The notes beneath the pieces were generated by a model that searched no databases, was not told where the DNA came from, and saw only the letters and a list, made by a program, of their open reading frames with translations. From the NCBI GenBank assembly GCA_043771635.1, contig JAYVHA010000017.1:36761-100760 (forward strand): 64,000 nucleotides of DNA. Reading direction: 5' to 3'. Position 1 is the stretch's first letter. Each line of letters begins with the position of its first letter. The stretch is from Candidatus Woesearchaeota archaeon (GTDB lineage: Archaea; Nanobdellota; Nanobdellia; Woesearchaeales; SKIA01). The position numbers and the translations under genes were made by a program. Shown here piece after piece: positions 8,460 to 17,735 of the stretch.

Positions 8460-10157
8460 GTGCTAGCTCGCCTCCTGCTTAGAGCACGCGATTACTCCAT
8501 GAGCGACACAGAGCACGCAACGCCGGAAGGAATGGGTGGAGCAGATGCTACGGGTTCTTGGGCGCCCGGAAAGGCTTCTTTTGTTACGAATGGAATGCTC
8601 GAAGCAGAGCAGCTTCTAGTAATGTACGGGTTCGTTAACAAAGAAGGGCAGGAATTCTATGATAAAAGTATCAAGGGAAAAAAGGAATCATTGCGCCGTC
8701 AAGCAGTAATGAACTTAGGCACTGAGAAATGTAAACAGTTTGCAGCTACTGAGCGAAGTGAAATAGTAGATAAGATATGGGACTCCACTGGCTATCCTGG
8801 ATCCTGTCGCCGTTATCATCTGGTACTCGAGAGTGCTACTGAAGGAATTGAAGACTCGTACTATGATGTACTTGAGCGCTGCCGTACATACTTCGGTTTT
8901 AGTATTGTACATAAGGTAACTGACTACTTTGCGGCAACTGAAAACAGTGCATTCTTTGGTAACAGTCAACAGCGACTTGGTCTACAGCAGGACCGTGTGC
9001 AACAGTTTCTTGGCAACATTGGAAAGTTTGTCAAGGAGCTCTTTCAAATGGTTCGCGAACTTCGCATTATCGACGAGCGTCTTGCAGCGTACGAAGCCGC
9101 AGGCGGAATTGGAAGTAAGCAGGAGAAAACCCCTGATTCAAAGTTTCATCATAGTGCCGCTGCGGACGTAAGCATGAAAAGTATTTTTACTGACGTAGTC
9201 GAGGGCGGGACTAAAAATCCACAAAGTGTTTTCGGCCTCGCGCAGCAAGTAGGTTTTACACTCCTTCCGGACTTGTTCTTTAATGAGTATGTTGCGAAGC
9301 CAGATGATATTGATGCGCGCATTGATGCGCTTCCGTATAACAAAAACGTTAAGACTGTTCTTAAGAGAAAGCTGCAACAATATCTTACTTGGAAGCAGCA
9401 CACATACATGGAACTTATGACTCGCCGTAGGTTTAATCTAAAATATATTCGTCAGCACTGGACAATAATCCGCATGTATATGGCGTGGGTAAAACCGTAC
9501 TTAAAGAACATTCAGCGCTTGACAATGAATCAAAAGTTTCAGGACAGCCCCGATTTAATTTCTGCGTTTGAAGGAAGTGTAATTGAAGTAGAGTTTGTCG
9601 CAGCAAAACCAGCAAATGGAGGATTTCACTCAGTTATTTTAGCGTCGTTTGTGTTCCGCACTAGGCCTGACATGAGTTCTCGAAAGGAATACCAAACTGG
9701 TCCTATGCACTTAGGCCGCATGGATATGAACTTACGCGCTTACGGTTGGACTCCTGAACAACTACAAGCGTATCGTGACATGAAGCGCCGCGAAGACATT
9801 GAACTACTTGGGCTTATTGATACTCAACTTACTGATGTCATGGATGGCCTCGGTATGGAGTTCGAGCGTTATCTGATTGAAGCAGGTGAAGATGCCATAG
9901 AAAAGGAACCTGAAAAGAAAGATGAGAAGCATAAGACAAAGCTCCGTGACACTGCTATCGGGCCTTTTATCGATATTCTGTATGGCTTTAAGGACTTAGG
10001 AGAAGCGTTCATCCCGTCTTCACTTTTCTCGTCAGGCGGCGAACACAGCCATAGCTCAGGTGGAGGCAATAACAAAAATGCACTAAAGGATGCGACTGGT
10101 AGTGCATTTCTTGTGTACAATACTTATAAGAAGAGCCGCCGCATGATTACTTGGTAG
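8460..10157 (+). CDS. Hypothetical 565-aa protein with no recognisable motif
   Basis: Long uninterrupted ORF. The start is GTG at 8460 or ATG at 8499. A 'TTTAAAAA' TATA-like box lies at 8409-8416, and a T8 run follows the stop. Confidence 0.6.
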   Translation: MLARLLLRARDYSMSDTEHATPEGMGGADATGSWAPGKASFVTNGMLEAEQLLVMYGFVNKEGQEFYDKSIKGKKESLRRQAVMNLGTEKCKQFAATERSEIVDKIWDSTGYPGSCRRYHLVLESATEGIEDSYYDVLERCRTYFGFSIVHKVTDYFAATENSAFFGNSQQRLGLQQDRVQQFLGNIGKFVKELFQMVRELRIIDERLAAYEAAGGIGSKQEKTPDSKFHHSAAADVSMKSIFTDVVEGGTKNPQSVFGLAQQVGFTLLPDLFFNEYVAKPDDIDARIDALPYNKNVKTVLKRKLQQYLTWKQHTYMELMTRRRFNLKYIRQHWTIIRMYMAWVKPYLKNIQRLTMNQKFQDSPDLISAFEGSVIEVEFVAAKPANGGFHSVILASFVFRTRPDMSSRKEYQTGPMHLGRMDMNLRAYGWTPEQLQAYRDMKRREDIELLGLIDTQLTDVMDGLGMEFERYLIEAGEDAIEKEPEKKDEKHKTKLRDTAIGPFIDILYGFKDLGEAFIPSSLFSSGGEHSHSSGGGNNKNALKDATGSAFLVYNTYKKSRRMITW

Positions 10158-10165
10158 TGCGGCGC

Positions 10166-10173
10166 TTTTTTTT
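10166..10173 (+). terminator. Oligo-T tract (archaeal-type terminator) after the 8460 gene
   Basis: 'GCGGCGCTTTTTTTT' lies 9 nt after the stop codon. Confidence 0.4.
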
Positions 10174-10216
10174 ATGCGTACGCTTAACTTAAAGCTAGAA
10201 TAACTGTGCTTGTAGT

Positions 10217-11092
10217 ATGTCCGGTTCCACCCACTCTGAATCAAAAAAAGCTCGGGAAGCGGCAGCTCCAGTAGTAACTACTAATTCCTTATCTGTCAAA
10301 CTTGCTGCTTCTAAACCTGCCTCTGTTATGCCTACCTCTGTCATGCATACCTCTGTCATGCCTGCTATTCCAATACCTGCTCCTAAGCCCGACTTAGCGT
10401 CTATTGCAGCGACAAGCAGCTCAACAAATATTCCTGCGCAGCTGCTAGCGTCTATGTTGTCTAGGTTACGTCATGATAAGGAATCACAATTACACAGTCA
10501 ATGGGATGCGCATCGAAAGCAAGTTGATGAAGCTGACGCTACTGCGCGCCAGGATGTGCTAATTTCCGCGCTTAAACGCGCAGAACAGGAAGAGCAAACG
10601 GTCAATGCGCAAACTGCATTAGAAACTGCGGTCCAGCGTGCACAAGCAAGCATGAACTCGCAGCAACAAGACACTATTCGTGAGGGCGCGCTGCGTGCAC
10701 GTTTGCAAGAATTTAGAGGAAGCGATGACGAAAGTGTAAGTGAGCGCCTGCGCAAAGAAGGTTTTGGGGACGCGCTCACTGAAAACAAGCTGCGGGAGAG
10801 AACGCTTGATCAACGCGTTGGAAACGAACTAGGGCTCAGGCCCGGTCAGGAATTTAGTCGCGGACCTGAAAAACTTTACACGCAAGATTCAGTGAGCGAG
10901 CGGGGTGAGTCGCAGCCTTACATGCGCAGCGAAGACTCTATGTATAATTCTGCTTCGGTTGATCCGACGCGCGGTGGTAGTGGTTCTGCTAACGCTTATG
11001 AACGCGCGCGCGACAAGGACGCAGAAGATGGAGTTCGCAAAGGCCTCGGGCTTGATATTGAATTAGGTTTATCTTACGGCCGCTCAAAATAG
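10217..11092 (+). CDS. Hypothetical low-complexity / coiled-coil protein
   Basis: The N-terminus is Ser/Ala/Pro-rich with a 3 x 5-aa repeat (SVMP/SVMH). The middle is Q/E/R-rich and helical. A TATA-like 'CTTAAAGC' lies about 27 nt upstream. Confidence 0.5.
   Translation: MSGSTHSESKKAREAAAPVVTTNSLSVKLAASKPASVMPTSVMHTSVMPAIPIPAPKPDLASIAATSSSTNIPAQLLASMLSRLRHDKESQLHSQWDAHRKQVDEADATARQDVLISALKRAEQEEQTVNAQTALETAVQRAQASMNSQQQDTIREGALRARLQEFRGSDDESVSERLRKEGFGDALTENKLRERTLDQRVGNELGLRPGQEFSRGPEKLYTQDSVSERGESQPYMRSEDSMYNSASVDPTRGGSGSANAYERARDKDAEDGVRKGLGLDIELGLSYGRSK
10320..10364 (+). repeat. 3 x 15-bp tandem repeat inside the CDS
   Basis: The units are cctctgttatgccta / cctctgtcatgcata / cctctgtcatgcctg. 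Confidence 0.8.
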
Positions 11093-11117
11093 GTGATTGT
11101 TTAGTTGGTTTTTTGCT

Positions 11118-11184
11118 TAGCTTGATTCTTAGCTTGCGTTATTGTCGACTTGCTTTCTGCATAGCTTGCTCGTAGTGTAGCTTG
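11118..11184 (+). repeat. Four direct copies of TAGCTTG(C) in the intergenic region upstream of 11261
   Basis: TAGCTTG occurs at 11118, 11130, 11162 and 11178. A near copy, GACTTGC, is at 11148. Confidence 0.6.
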
Positions 11185-11231
11185 CCCGTTGTGTAATCAG
11201 CCTAATTTTAGAAAACGCCGTTCCCCAACTC

Positions 11232-11239
11232 TTTTATAC
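11232..11239 (+). promoter_or_regulatory. TATA box for the 11261 gene
   Basis: 'TTTTATAC' is centred 25.5 nt upstream of the ATG at 11261. Confidence 0.5.
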
Positions 11240-11260
11240 CGCTGCGCTCAGAATTAACAC

Positions 11261-13342
11261 ATGGCGATGGGTTACATGAGTCCTGGTATGAATGCGATGG
11301 ATCGCGACTACTACTCGCGCATGCTGACGCGCCTTGACGCGTTCGGCCCGGTAATGAACCCGGTGAATAACCACGAGGGTGCAATAACGACTGGCCTCGG
11401 CCCTCGCGAACTCGGTACTACAATCAATCCGTTTCAACCACAAATTCAAGCGCTTCAAGCAAAAATTCGCGAAGGTGCGTCACGTTTAGAAATCGGTTTC
11501 GGCGGAGTCGGCAAAGGCAACTCACAGCAGCAGACGCCGGAAGCGTATGGCAGAGTTGAGCGCGAAGTCTTGCGCGAACTCGCTGTGTATAACGAAGTCA
11601 AGACTTCAACGCACGCGTCTTTTCAACTTGCAGGTTTAGCAGGTTTTGGCCGCGAAGGCTTCTCAAAGCAAGCGCAGCAAACAGTGCTTGAGGAAGTGCG
11701 CAAAGCAATTGACTTTGCAAGCGAAGCGACGACAGGCGGCGCAGTCGTCGTGCACACGGGCGAGTGGGCGCGTCCGATAAGCGAAGCGCCATGGGCTAAA
11801 GACTACAACATGAAAGACGGGCGCCCTGCATACTTAGGTTATGGGGACGAAGACAAAAAAGCGGAGTTACCCGTAGTCGACGCACGGACAGGTCAAATTG
11901 TCGGAGGCATTCGTAAGGATCAAGAAATCTATGAACCAAAGTGGATTCTTGCCAAAGACTATGAGGTTGAAAGCAAAAAGAAATTGTCTGGCCGCGACTT
12001 ACAAGGTAAGCCTACGACTTACAAACCTAATGATTTTGTGGATTTGGATGGTAATAAGCTTAATCCTGATAAACCTGATGAAATGTTCAGACGGCTTCCT
12101 GCTTGGGATGCGGTCAATACTAGATTTAAAGTCGAACCTGTAACTTGGGACACTTTAGTAGCGCGAGCGAAAGAGTTTAATGAATCTCATCCTAATGCAA
12201 ATATACGCCCGGAAGTATTGTATGCGAAGTTACAAATTGAGAATCAAGCTCTGCAGCAAAGAGGAGCATCTCTGTTCCATACGCAGCGATATGAGGCTGA
12301 GCGAAGTCGATATTACTCAGCAAAAGACAGGCTTGCTGCGGCGGAAAGAGGAGAGATTTCAGCTATACCTCCAGAGCTTATTGAGCAAGCCGCACAGGCT
12401 GGTCGCGTTAAAGATGAAACTGATCTGAAGAAATTACTTCCGGATGCTCAAAGATTTTTGAAGCAAGAAATGGATGGCCATGAGCGTTCTATGCGACATA
12501 CACACGAATCGTCTTCAGCGGCTGACGTACAGGCGGAAACTCTTCTAGCGCGCGCGTCCAAATTAGAAACAATGGAAGAGTACGGCTTAAAGCAAAGCGG
12601 CGCAGCAATTGCTGAACTTGCCGAGCACGCGCGCGCAAAAACCCAGAAGATGATGGCGGATGTCAAAGCGCGCGGCGGCGACCTCTCGAAGTTCTCAAAG
12701 ATTTACATAGCGCCTGAAAACGTGTTTACGGAGCAGTACGGCAGTCACCCGGATGAACTAATGAACATTGTAAAGGCTGGCCGCGACCAGTTTGTTGAGA
12801 ACATGAAAAAGAAAGGTCTCAGCGAGTCGGAGGCGCGCAAGGAAGCCTCGGAGCACATCAAAACTACAATCGACATCGGCCATCTAAACATGTGGCGAAA
12901 ACACTTGCGGCGCTTTGACGGAGAAGATGACGCTGCGTTCGACAAGCGCTTTGAAACTTGGACGATGGGCAAAGTCGAGGAGATGCACAAGAAAGGCATG
13001 ATCGGCCACATTCACTTAACCGACAACTTAGGTTACAATGACGAACACTTGTCTCCGGGTCAAGGCAACGCGCCGATTCGCGCGTTTGTTAAACGTCTTG
13101 CGGAGCTAGGCTATGATGATTTTATTTCAGAGATTGGCTCGTTTAACTCAGGAACTATTTTGAGCGACACTTGGACTTACCTTGGCGCGGAGCACTACAA
13201 GCGCGGTTCCGCGTTCGGCAGCACCCAGTTCAAAGATCTCCAGTCAAGACACTTCGGCAGCTATGCGCCGCCAATGTTTATTTATGGCGCTTACTCTCCA
13301 AGCAATGAATTCACGCTCTGGAGCCAAGTGCCGCTCGAGTAA
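11261..13342 (+). CDS. Endonuclease IV / xylose-isomerase-like TIM-barrel protein with a large internal insertion
   Basis: The ordered motifs are 'STHAS' (H118), 'VVVHTGEW' (H165), 'YIAPEN' (E486), 'IDIGHL' (D538/H541), 'GHIHLTDN' (H585), 'NDEHLSPGQGNAPI' (D594/H596) and 'ISEIG' (E624). These parallel the nine Nfo metal ligands. The H165-E486 gap is 321 residues, versus 36 in E. coli Nfo. Confidence 0.7.
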   Translation: MAMGYMSPGMNAMDRDYYSRMLTRLDAFGPVMNPVNNHEGAITTGLGPRELGTTINPFQPQIQALQAKIREGASRLEIGFGGVGKGNSQQQTPEAYGRVEREVLRELAVYNEVKTSTHASFQLAGLAGFGREGFSKQAQQTVLEEVRKAIDFASEATTGGAVVVHTGEWARPISEAPWAKDYNMKDGRPAYLGYGDEDKKAELPVVDARTGQIVGGIRKDQEIYEPKWILAKDYEVESKKKLSGRDLQGKPTTYKPNDFVDLDGNKLNPDKPDEMFRRLPAWDAVNTRFKVEPVTWDTLVARAKEFNESHPNANIRPEVLYAKLQIENQALQQRGASLFHTQRYEAERSRYYSAKDRLAAAERGEISAIPPELIEQAAQAGRVKDETDLKKLLPDAQRFLKQEMDGHERSMRHTHESSSAADVQAETLLARASKLETMEEYGLKQSGAAIAELAEHARAKTQKMMADVKARGGDLSKFSKIYIAPENVFTEQYGSHPDELMNIVKAGRDQFVENMKKKGLSESEARKEASEHIKTTIDIGHLNMWRKHLRRFDGEDDAAFDKRFETWTMGKVEEMHKKGMIGHIHLTDNLGYNDEHLSPGQGNAPIRAFVKRLAELGYDDFISEIGSFNSGTILSDTWTYLGAEHYKRGSAFGSTQFKDLQSRHFGSYAPPMFIYGAYSPSNEFTLWSQVPLE

Positions 13343-13390
13343 GTCCTTTCTAGTAGAAACACTTAAAGCTTCTCAGCGAGTTCCCAGCGT

Positions 13391-14149
13391 ATGACTGCGC
13401 CTGTACGTCGCCCTGATCCGCGTGATGACATTGGTACTCGACAATTCGCGCTCGGGAAAGCACTCAGAATGCGCTTACCAGATTTGCCTCCTGCACATGA
13501 AGTAATTGGGTACGGTGATGACTGGGAGTATGGTGCGTTGCTTGACAAGTACTCCGAAAGAACACGCGTTGTTGAGCTTGCAGAAAGCACACTCCCATTT
13601 GCTGTGCAAGTCTCTCGCGATGGTAACGTAACGCTTGCGGTAGATCGCATTAAGTGGTACTTCCCTGACCAGGGTCCGTCGGGGCGCGTGCGATCTGCAA
13701 CAGAAGAGGCTATGCAATGGTACTTTTTTGATACGGTTGAAGATGGTCTAAAGCAATCTGGTTTAACGTCGGAACTAATGACCAGTCGCGCAAAGGACTA
13801 CAAACCAGGTTCCCCAATGGCTTTCTTGGCTTACTACTCGCGCAGTAGCGGTGTTTCATTGCCGGTTAAAGGCGCTATCACAGTAACTGACAATAACTCG
13901 AATTTCAAAGCGTCGCTCTCTATTGACTCATTCCTCGATCCATTCCCTGAACTCACAACAGCTATCTTTCCGTCCCGTTTGCTGGATCAACCGTCCCATA
14001 CTCTAGATCGTGTGCAACTCTTGATGCCAGATGCTACGCCGAACCTCTGTTTGCCTGCGAATTTGCAACGTATCTACGTGCACACGACCGATCGGTATGG
14101 CGGTCATTGGTCCATTGACTGCAATGGACTTCTTAGTACGCCAAAATAA
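13391..14149 (+). CDS. Hypothetical 252-aa protein
   Basis: Clean ORF with an ATG start and a weak TATA-like 'ACTTAAAG' about 27 nt upstream. No recognisable motif. Confidence 0.5.
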   Translation: MTAPVRRPDPRDDIGTRQFALGKALRMRLPDLPPAHEVIGYGDDWEYGALLDKYSERTRVVELAESTLPFAVQVSRDGNVTLAVDRIKWYFPDQGPSGRVRSATEEAMQWYFFDTVEDGLKQSGLTSELMTSRAKDYKPGSPMAFLAYYSRSSGVSLPVKGAITVTDNNSNFKASLSIDSFLDPFPELTTAIFPSRLLDQPSHTLDRVQLLMPDATPNLCLPANLQRIYVHTTDRYGGHWSIDCNGLLSTPK

Positions 14150-14187
14150 GTAGAGAAAATAGTTAGAAAAATTTGTACTAAGCTTAC

Positions 14188-14691
14188 TCAGTTCAACACT
14201 TTGTAGTGTAGCCTAATGTTCGCGCCGCGTTGTTCGCTGTGCAGTAGCTCGAGTTGTACGCTAGGTGCTTCCTTGGTAAAAGTTCCTGCGCCGTGGCTGA
14301 AGAGCTGCGGCTCAAGGTCCATTATAACTTCGGACACGAGGCCGGCGTCAAGGAACTTAGTGTTTGTAATAGCGCCACCAAGCAAAAGTGCCTGCGTAAT
14401 GTCTCTGCCATGAAGCTCAGTAATTGCTTCTTTTGCAGTTTCAACAAAAACAGTGTTCTCGTCGAGTGCGCCGTGCGTACTAGTAACAACAATTACGAGC
14501 GGATTGCCGAGTTTAGTAAACTCGTCGCCTTCAGAGAGAACTTCGAAAGTATTGCGTCCGACAATAACTGCCGGGAAGCGTTTAGCTAGTTCGTAGCGGT
14601 CTTGATGGGTGGATTCGGACCAAGGCATCTCGCCGCTTGCGTGTGCGACGAATCCATTGGCGGTTTGAGTGGTGAACATGACGATGCGCAT
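14188..14691 (-). CDS. Dihydrofolate-reductase-like / RibD C-terminal domain reductase
   Basis: 'MRIVMFTTQTANGF...VIVGRNTFE...LLLGGAITNTKFLDAGLVSEV' matches this family. The start at 14691 is supported by 'CTTATAAT' (14714-14721 on the minus strand), centred 26.5 nt upstream. Confidence 0.7.
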   Translation of the reverse strand: MRIVMFTTQTANGFVAHASGEMPWSESTHQDRYELAKRFPAVIVGRNTFEVLSEGDEFTKLGNPLVIVVTSTHGALDENTVFVETAKEAITELHGRDITQALLLGGAITNTKFLDAGLVSEVIMDLEPQLFSHGAGTFTKEAPSVQLELLHSEQRGANIRLHYKVLN

Positions 14692-14786
14692 ATTAGTTTT
14701 CTTGCGCTGCCCTATTATAAGTTTTACTACTTGCTTATAGCCACACAGTGAAACTATGGCTGCGGTACGCACCTGGAACGACAGGG

Positions 14787-16547
14787 TTATCGCGTAACTT
14801 TTCGTGTTGGTTCGTCAGTTTGCTGACGCCAGAACGCATAGTATAGGCCCTTTTTCTTAAGTAGCGCTGCGTGGGTTCCGGATTCCGACACATGTCCTCT
14901 CTCAAGAACGTAGATTCTGTCTGCGTGCACAACTGTTGAGAGACGGTGAGCTATCATAATAACAATTAGGTTCGGTCTATGTGCTTTGATAGTTTTGATA
15001 GTTTCTGTGATTGCCTGCTCTGAAATCGAGTCAAGACTGCTTGTCGCTTCGTCAAAGATTATTAGTTCCGGCTCGCGCAGTAGTGCGCGGGCAATAGCCA
15101 GGCGTTGACGCTCGCCGCCAGAGAGTTTAACTCCGCCTTCTCCGATTTTCGTGTCTAGTCCTTTGTCGCCGCGTTCCACTAGGTTGTAAATGGATGCGGC
15201 TTTCAGCGCTTCAACGCACGCTTGCTCCGACGCTTTAGGATTAACAAACAGTAAGTTCTCGCGGATTGTGCCGGCGAAAAGTTGGGTTTCCTGTGACACT
15301 AGGCCTATGCGATTTCGCAGTTGATCAAAGTCAATCGTGCGCGCGTCAAGATCATTAAATTTAAGGGCGCCGGCGGTTGGAGTATATAGTCCGACAAGTA
15401 GCTTAGTGAGGGTTGTTTTACCGCTGCCTGACGCACCTACAAACGCGATTGTTTCCCCTGCGCGAACTGCTAAGTCGACGCCTTTGAGTGCGTCGGTCGA
15501 GATAGTAGCGTATCTGAAAGACGCATCCTTAAACTCGATTTGTTTAATTTTTGGTACTACTTTCGCGTTCTTAGGTTTGCGTTGTGGCGGAAGCTTTAGT
15601 ATTTCTTCGAGTGCTTCGTTGCTTGCAATGGCTTCCTGGTATTGTGCTGCGACAGTGCCGAGACTGCTTAGTGGAGTAAATATTGCGAAGCTATAGAACA
15701 GGAGTGTAAAAAACTCTCCTAGTGTTAACGAACCGTTCGCGATGAGCCAAAGCATTAGGAGTAGTAGTGCGGAGCGGAAAAGATTGATTGCTGTACCTTG
15801 AATGAATCCTAGTTTGCGCAAGAGTTTGACTTTCTCAAGCTCCAAGCCTAGGATTTTCTCGTTTACCAAGTTAAGACGCTTAATTTCCTGCGCTTCAAGC
15901 CCTAAACTTTTGACAAGTTCTACATTGCGAATAGTTTCCGTTGTAGATCCTGCAAGCTCCGCTGCTTGAATTATAATTTTCTTTTGCGCGGCTTTAATTT
16001 TACGGCTAATGTAGTACGTGAATCCGCCGAGCACAGGGATTATTAGCAGGTATACGAGGCCGACAAGCCAGTTGACGTAAAACGCGTAGCACAGTACAAT
16101 GATTATGCCGACTGCTGCAAGGAAAATAATTCCGATAAAACTTTCAATGACTGCTTGTGTGTCGGTACGAGCCTTCTGAAGTTTCTGCAGGATTTCTCCT
16201 GAGCGGCGGTCTTCAAACACTCCGTATGGTAGTGAGAAAGTGTGTGCTACGCTCTTGCTGTACATATTAGTGCCGACGCGCTGAGTAATTACGCTCACAT
16301 AGTATTCTTGGAACGTTTTTGCAGTGCGTGAAACGAATGCCACGCCGACTGCGGCAAGCACAAGAAGGGACACGCCCTTAAGAAATTCAGTCGGGGTTAG
16401 CTCGGTTGCTTTAGACGCGTAATTGTCTATTATTAATCGAAAAATTTGCGGGTCGAGTAAAGAGAATAATTGGTTTATAACTGCCAGAACCAGTGCGAGC
16501 GCGAGTAGCTTGCGGTAATCTTTAAGGCGTTGCCAAATAAGGCGCAT
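14787..16547 (-). CDS. ABC exporter, fused permease/ATPase (MsbA/multidrug type)
   Basis: Six-TM N-terminal half, Walker A 'GASGSGKTT', signature 'LSGGERQRLAIARAL' and Walker B 'IIFDEATSSLD'. Confidence 0.9.
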   Translation of the reverse strand: MRLIWQRLKDYRKLLALALVLAVINQLFSLLDPQIFRLIIDNYASKATELTPTEFLKGVSLLVLAAVGVAFVSRTAKTFQEYYVSVITQRVGTNMYSKSVAHTFSLPYGVFEDRRSGEILQKLQKARTDTQAVIESFIGIIFLAAVGIIIVLCYAFYVNWLVGLVYLLIIPVLGGFTYYISRKIKAAQKKIIIQAAELAGSTTETIRNVELVKSLGLEAQEIKRLNLVNEKILGLELEKVKLLRKLGFIQGTAINLFRSALLLLMLWLIANGSLTLGEFFTLLFYSFAIFTPLSSLGTVAAQYQEAIASNEALEEILKLPPQRKPKNAKVVPKIKQIEFKDASFRYATISTDALKGVDLAVRAGETIAFVGASGSGKTTLTKLLVGLYTPTAGALKFNDLDARTIDFDQLRNRIGLVSQETQLFAGTIRENLLFVNPKASEQACVEALKAASIYNLVERGDKGLDTKIGEGGVKLSGGERQRLAIARALLREPELIIFDEATSSLDSISEQAITETIKTIKAHRPNLIVIMIAHRLSTVVHADRIYVLERGHVSESGTHAALLKKKGLYYAFWRQQTDEPTRKVTR

Positions 16548-16637
16548 ATCGGATATGCGAGCGCCGGTTCATTCATAAATGCGATGCATAATTGGGTGTG
16601 TGCGAAAGTGTGCTTCTTACTAAATGAAACTGGGTAC

Positions 16638-17042
16638 CTAGCGGAACTCAAATCGTGGGTCATCGCTGCGTATAAATTTCTCGCGCCCGTATTCGTCGAG
16701 CAGCGCGTTTGCTTTTTTGAGTCGCGGGTCGCCCATCATCGGGTGGGGTTTTTTAGACGGTCCCGCGGTCGGAAGCGGTTTTGCTTCGCCTTGCTGCGTG
16801 CGTTGCAGTTCTACTGCTTTTGACATGTTAATAATGCCGCATTTGTCACAAGTAAAAAATGGTCCCCACTTGCCTTCGCGCATTTCAAGCCACGCGCCGC
16901 AAGCGCACTTAATTTCGCCAAGTGTGCTATTTTTGTGGCTTGCGCATACTGGTAGTCCGTCTTTATTTTTCGTGTATGCAGCGCCGCCGCAGAACGGACA
17001 GACAGCAATTTTAGCTTCGCCATAGCGTTTTCCACCAAACAT
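16638..17042 (-). CDS. Zinc-finger protein with topoisomerase-type C4 fingers
   Basis: 'CPFCGG...CASH' and 'CACGAWLEMREGKWGPFFTCDKCG' are present. The palindromic TATA 'CTTATAAG' (17066-17073) is centred 27.5 nt upstream. Confidence 0.6.
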   Translation of the reverse strand: MFGGKRYGEAKIAVCPFCGGAAYTKNKDGLPVCASHKNSTLGEIKCACGAWLEMREGKWGPFFTCDKCGIINMSKAVELQRTQQGEAKPLPTAGPSKKPHPMMGDPRLKKANALLDEYGREKFIRSDDPRFEFR

Positions 17043-17161
17043 AATTGACTTGGCTCGCCTTTTGTCTTATAAGTATTCTGGCCGCAGAATGGGGAGTTTT
17101 GTTTCTATTGCAAAGGCAAAACAACCTAAATCTTGAAATAGGGAGGCGCACTCTTTTAATT

Positions 17162-17698
17162 ATGCAACGTGCGACTGGCGCCTCGATATTGTCGGACGAG
17201 CGTGGCATGTACGGCGTTCATCTCGGAAGACTCGAGTCGGGTGAGAATCCTCCCCTGGCAGACATTAGTGAGGTGTTCAGTCTCGACGCATATAATCGAT
17301 TTAAGGCAAATCAGCCGCAGCCAAGTTCAGTATTTAATCGTCGCGCCCTAACAGTGCTGTATGGCTCTGAAACTTTACCAGGCTCGAAAGAAGATGCGCG
17401 TAGCTTTGTAAGTCGCAAATTAACTAGTATGATTTTCGGAGAGCGCACGGATATGCTTTATACAAGGAATCTGCACAAGCAGCTTCCAGCTAACGATTTG
17501 GCGCTTCTTGTATCGGCTTGGGATGCTAACTCGTTTGGACTTATTGCGCGTGGAGAGTATCATGGTATTGCGGACGTATTGTTTTATTCTTCTCAGCGTC
17601 GAGATTTAGTTGCGCTCCCAGAAGTTCCCGAACTCGCTCTTTGCGGACTTACTCTGGTCGACTACCCTCGTTTTCAGCGCGCTCTTATGAAAATTTAG
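17162..17698 (+). CDS. Hypothetical protein (start uncertain)
   Basis: The ORF-track frame begins at 17045 with TTG, and the first ATG is at 17162. No recognisable motif. Confidence 0.4.
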   Translation: MQRATGASILSDERGMYGVHLGRLESGENPPLADISEVFSLDAYNRFKANQPQPSSVFNRRALTVLYGSETLPGSKEDARSFVSRKLTSMIFGERTDMLYTRNLHKQLPANDLALLVSAWDANSFGLIARGEYHGIADVLFYSSQRRDLVALPEVPELALCGLTLVDYPRFQRALMKI

Positions 17699-17735
17699 GC
17701 GGAAGCTTTTTTATGAGTGCTTTATTCTAAGTATT

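Noticed and set aside
14692-14772. Longer N-terminal extension of the RibD_C/DHFR-like ORF (start at 14772)
   Set aside because: The TATA box at 14714-14721 lies inside the extension and is positioned 26.5 nt from the ATG at 14691. The family-typical sequence starts at 'MRIVMF'.
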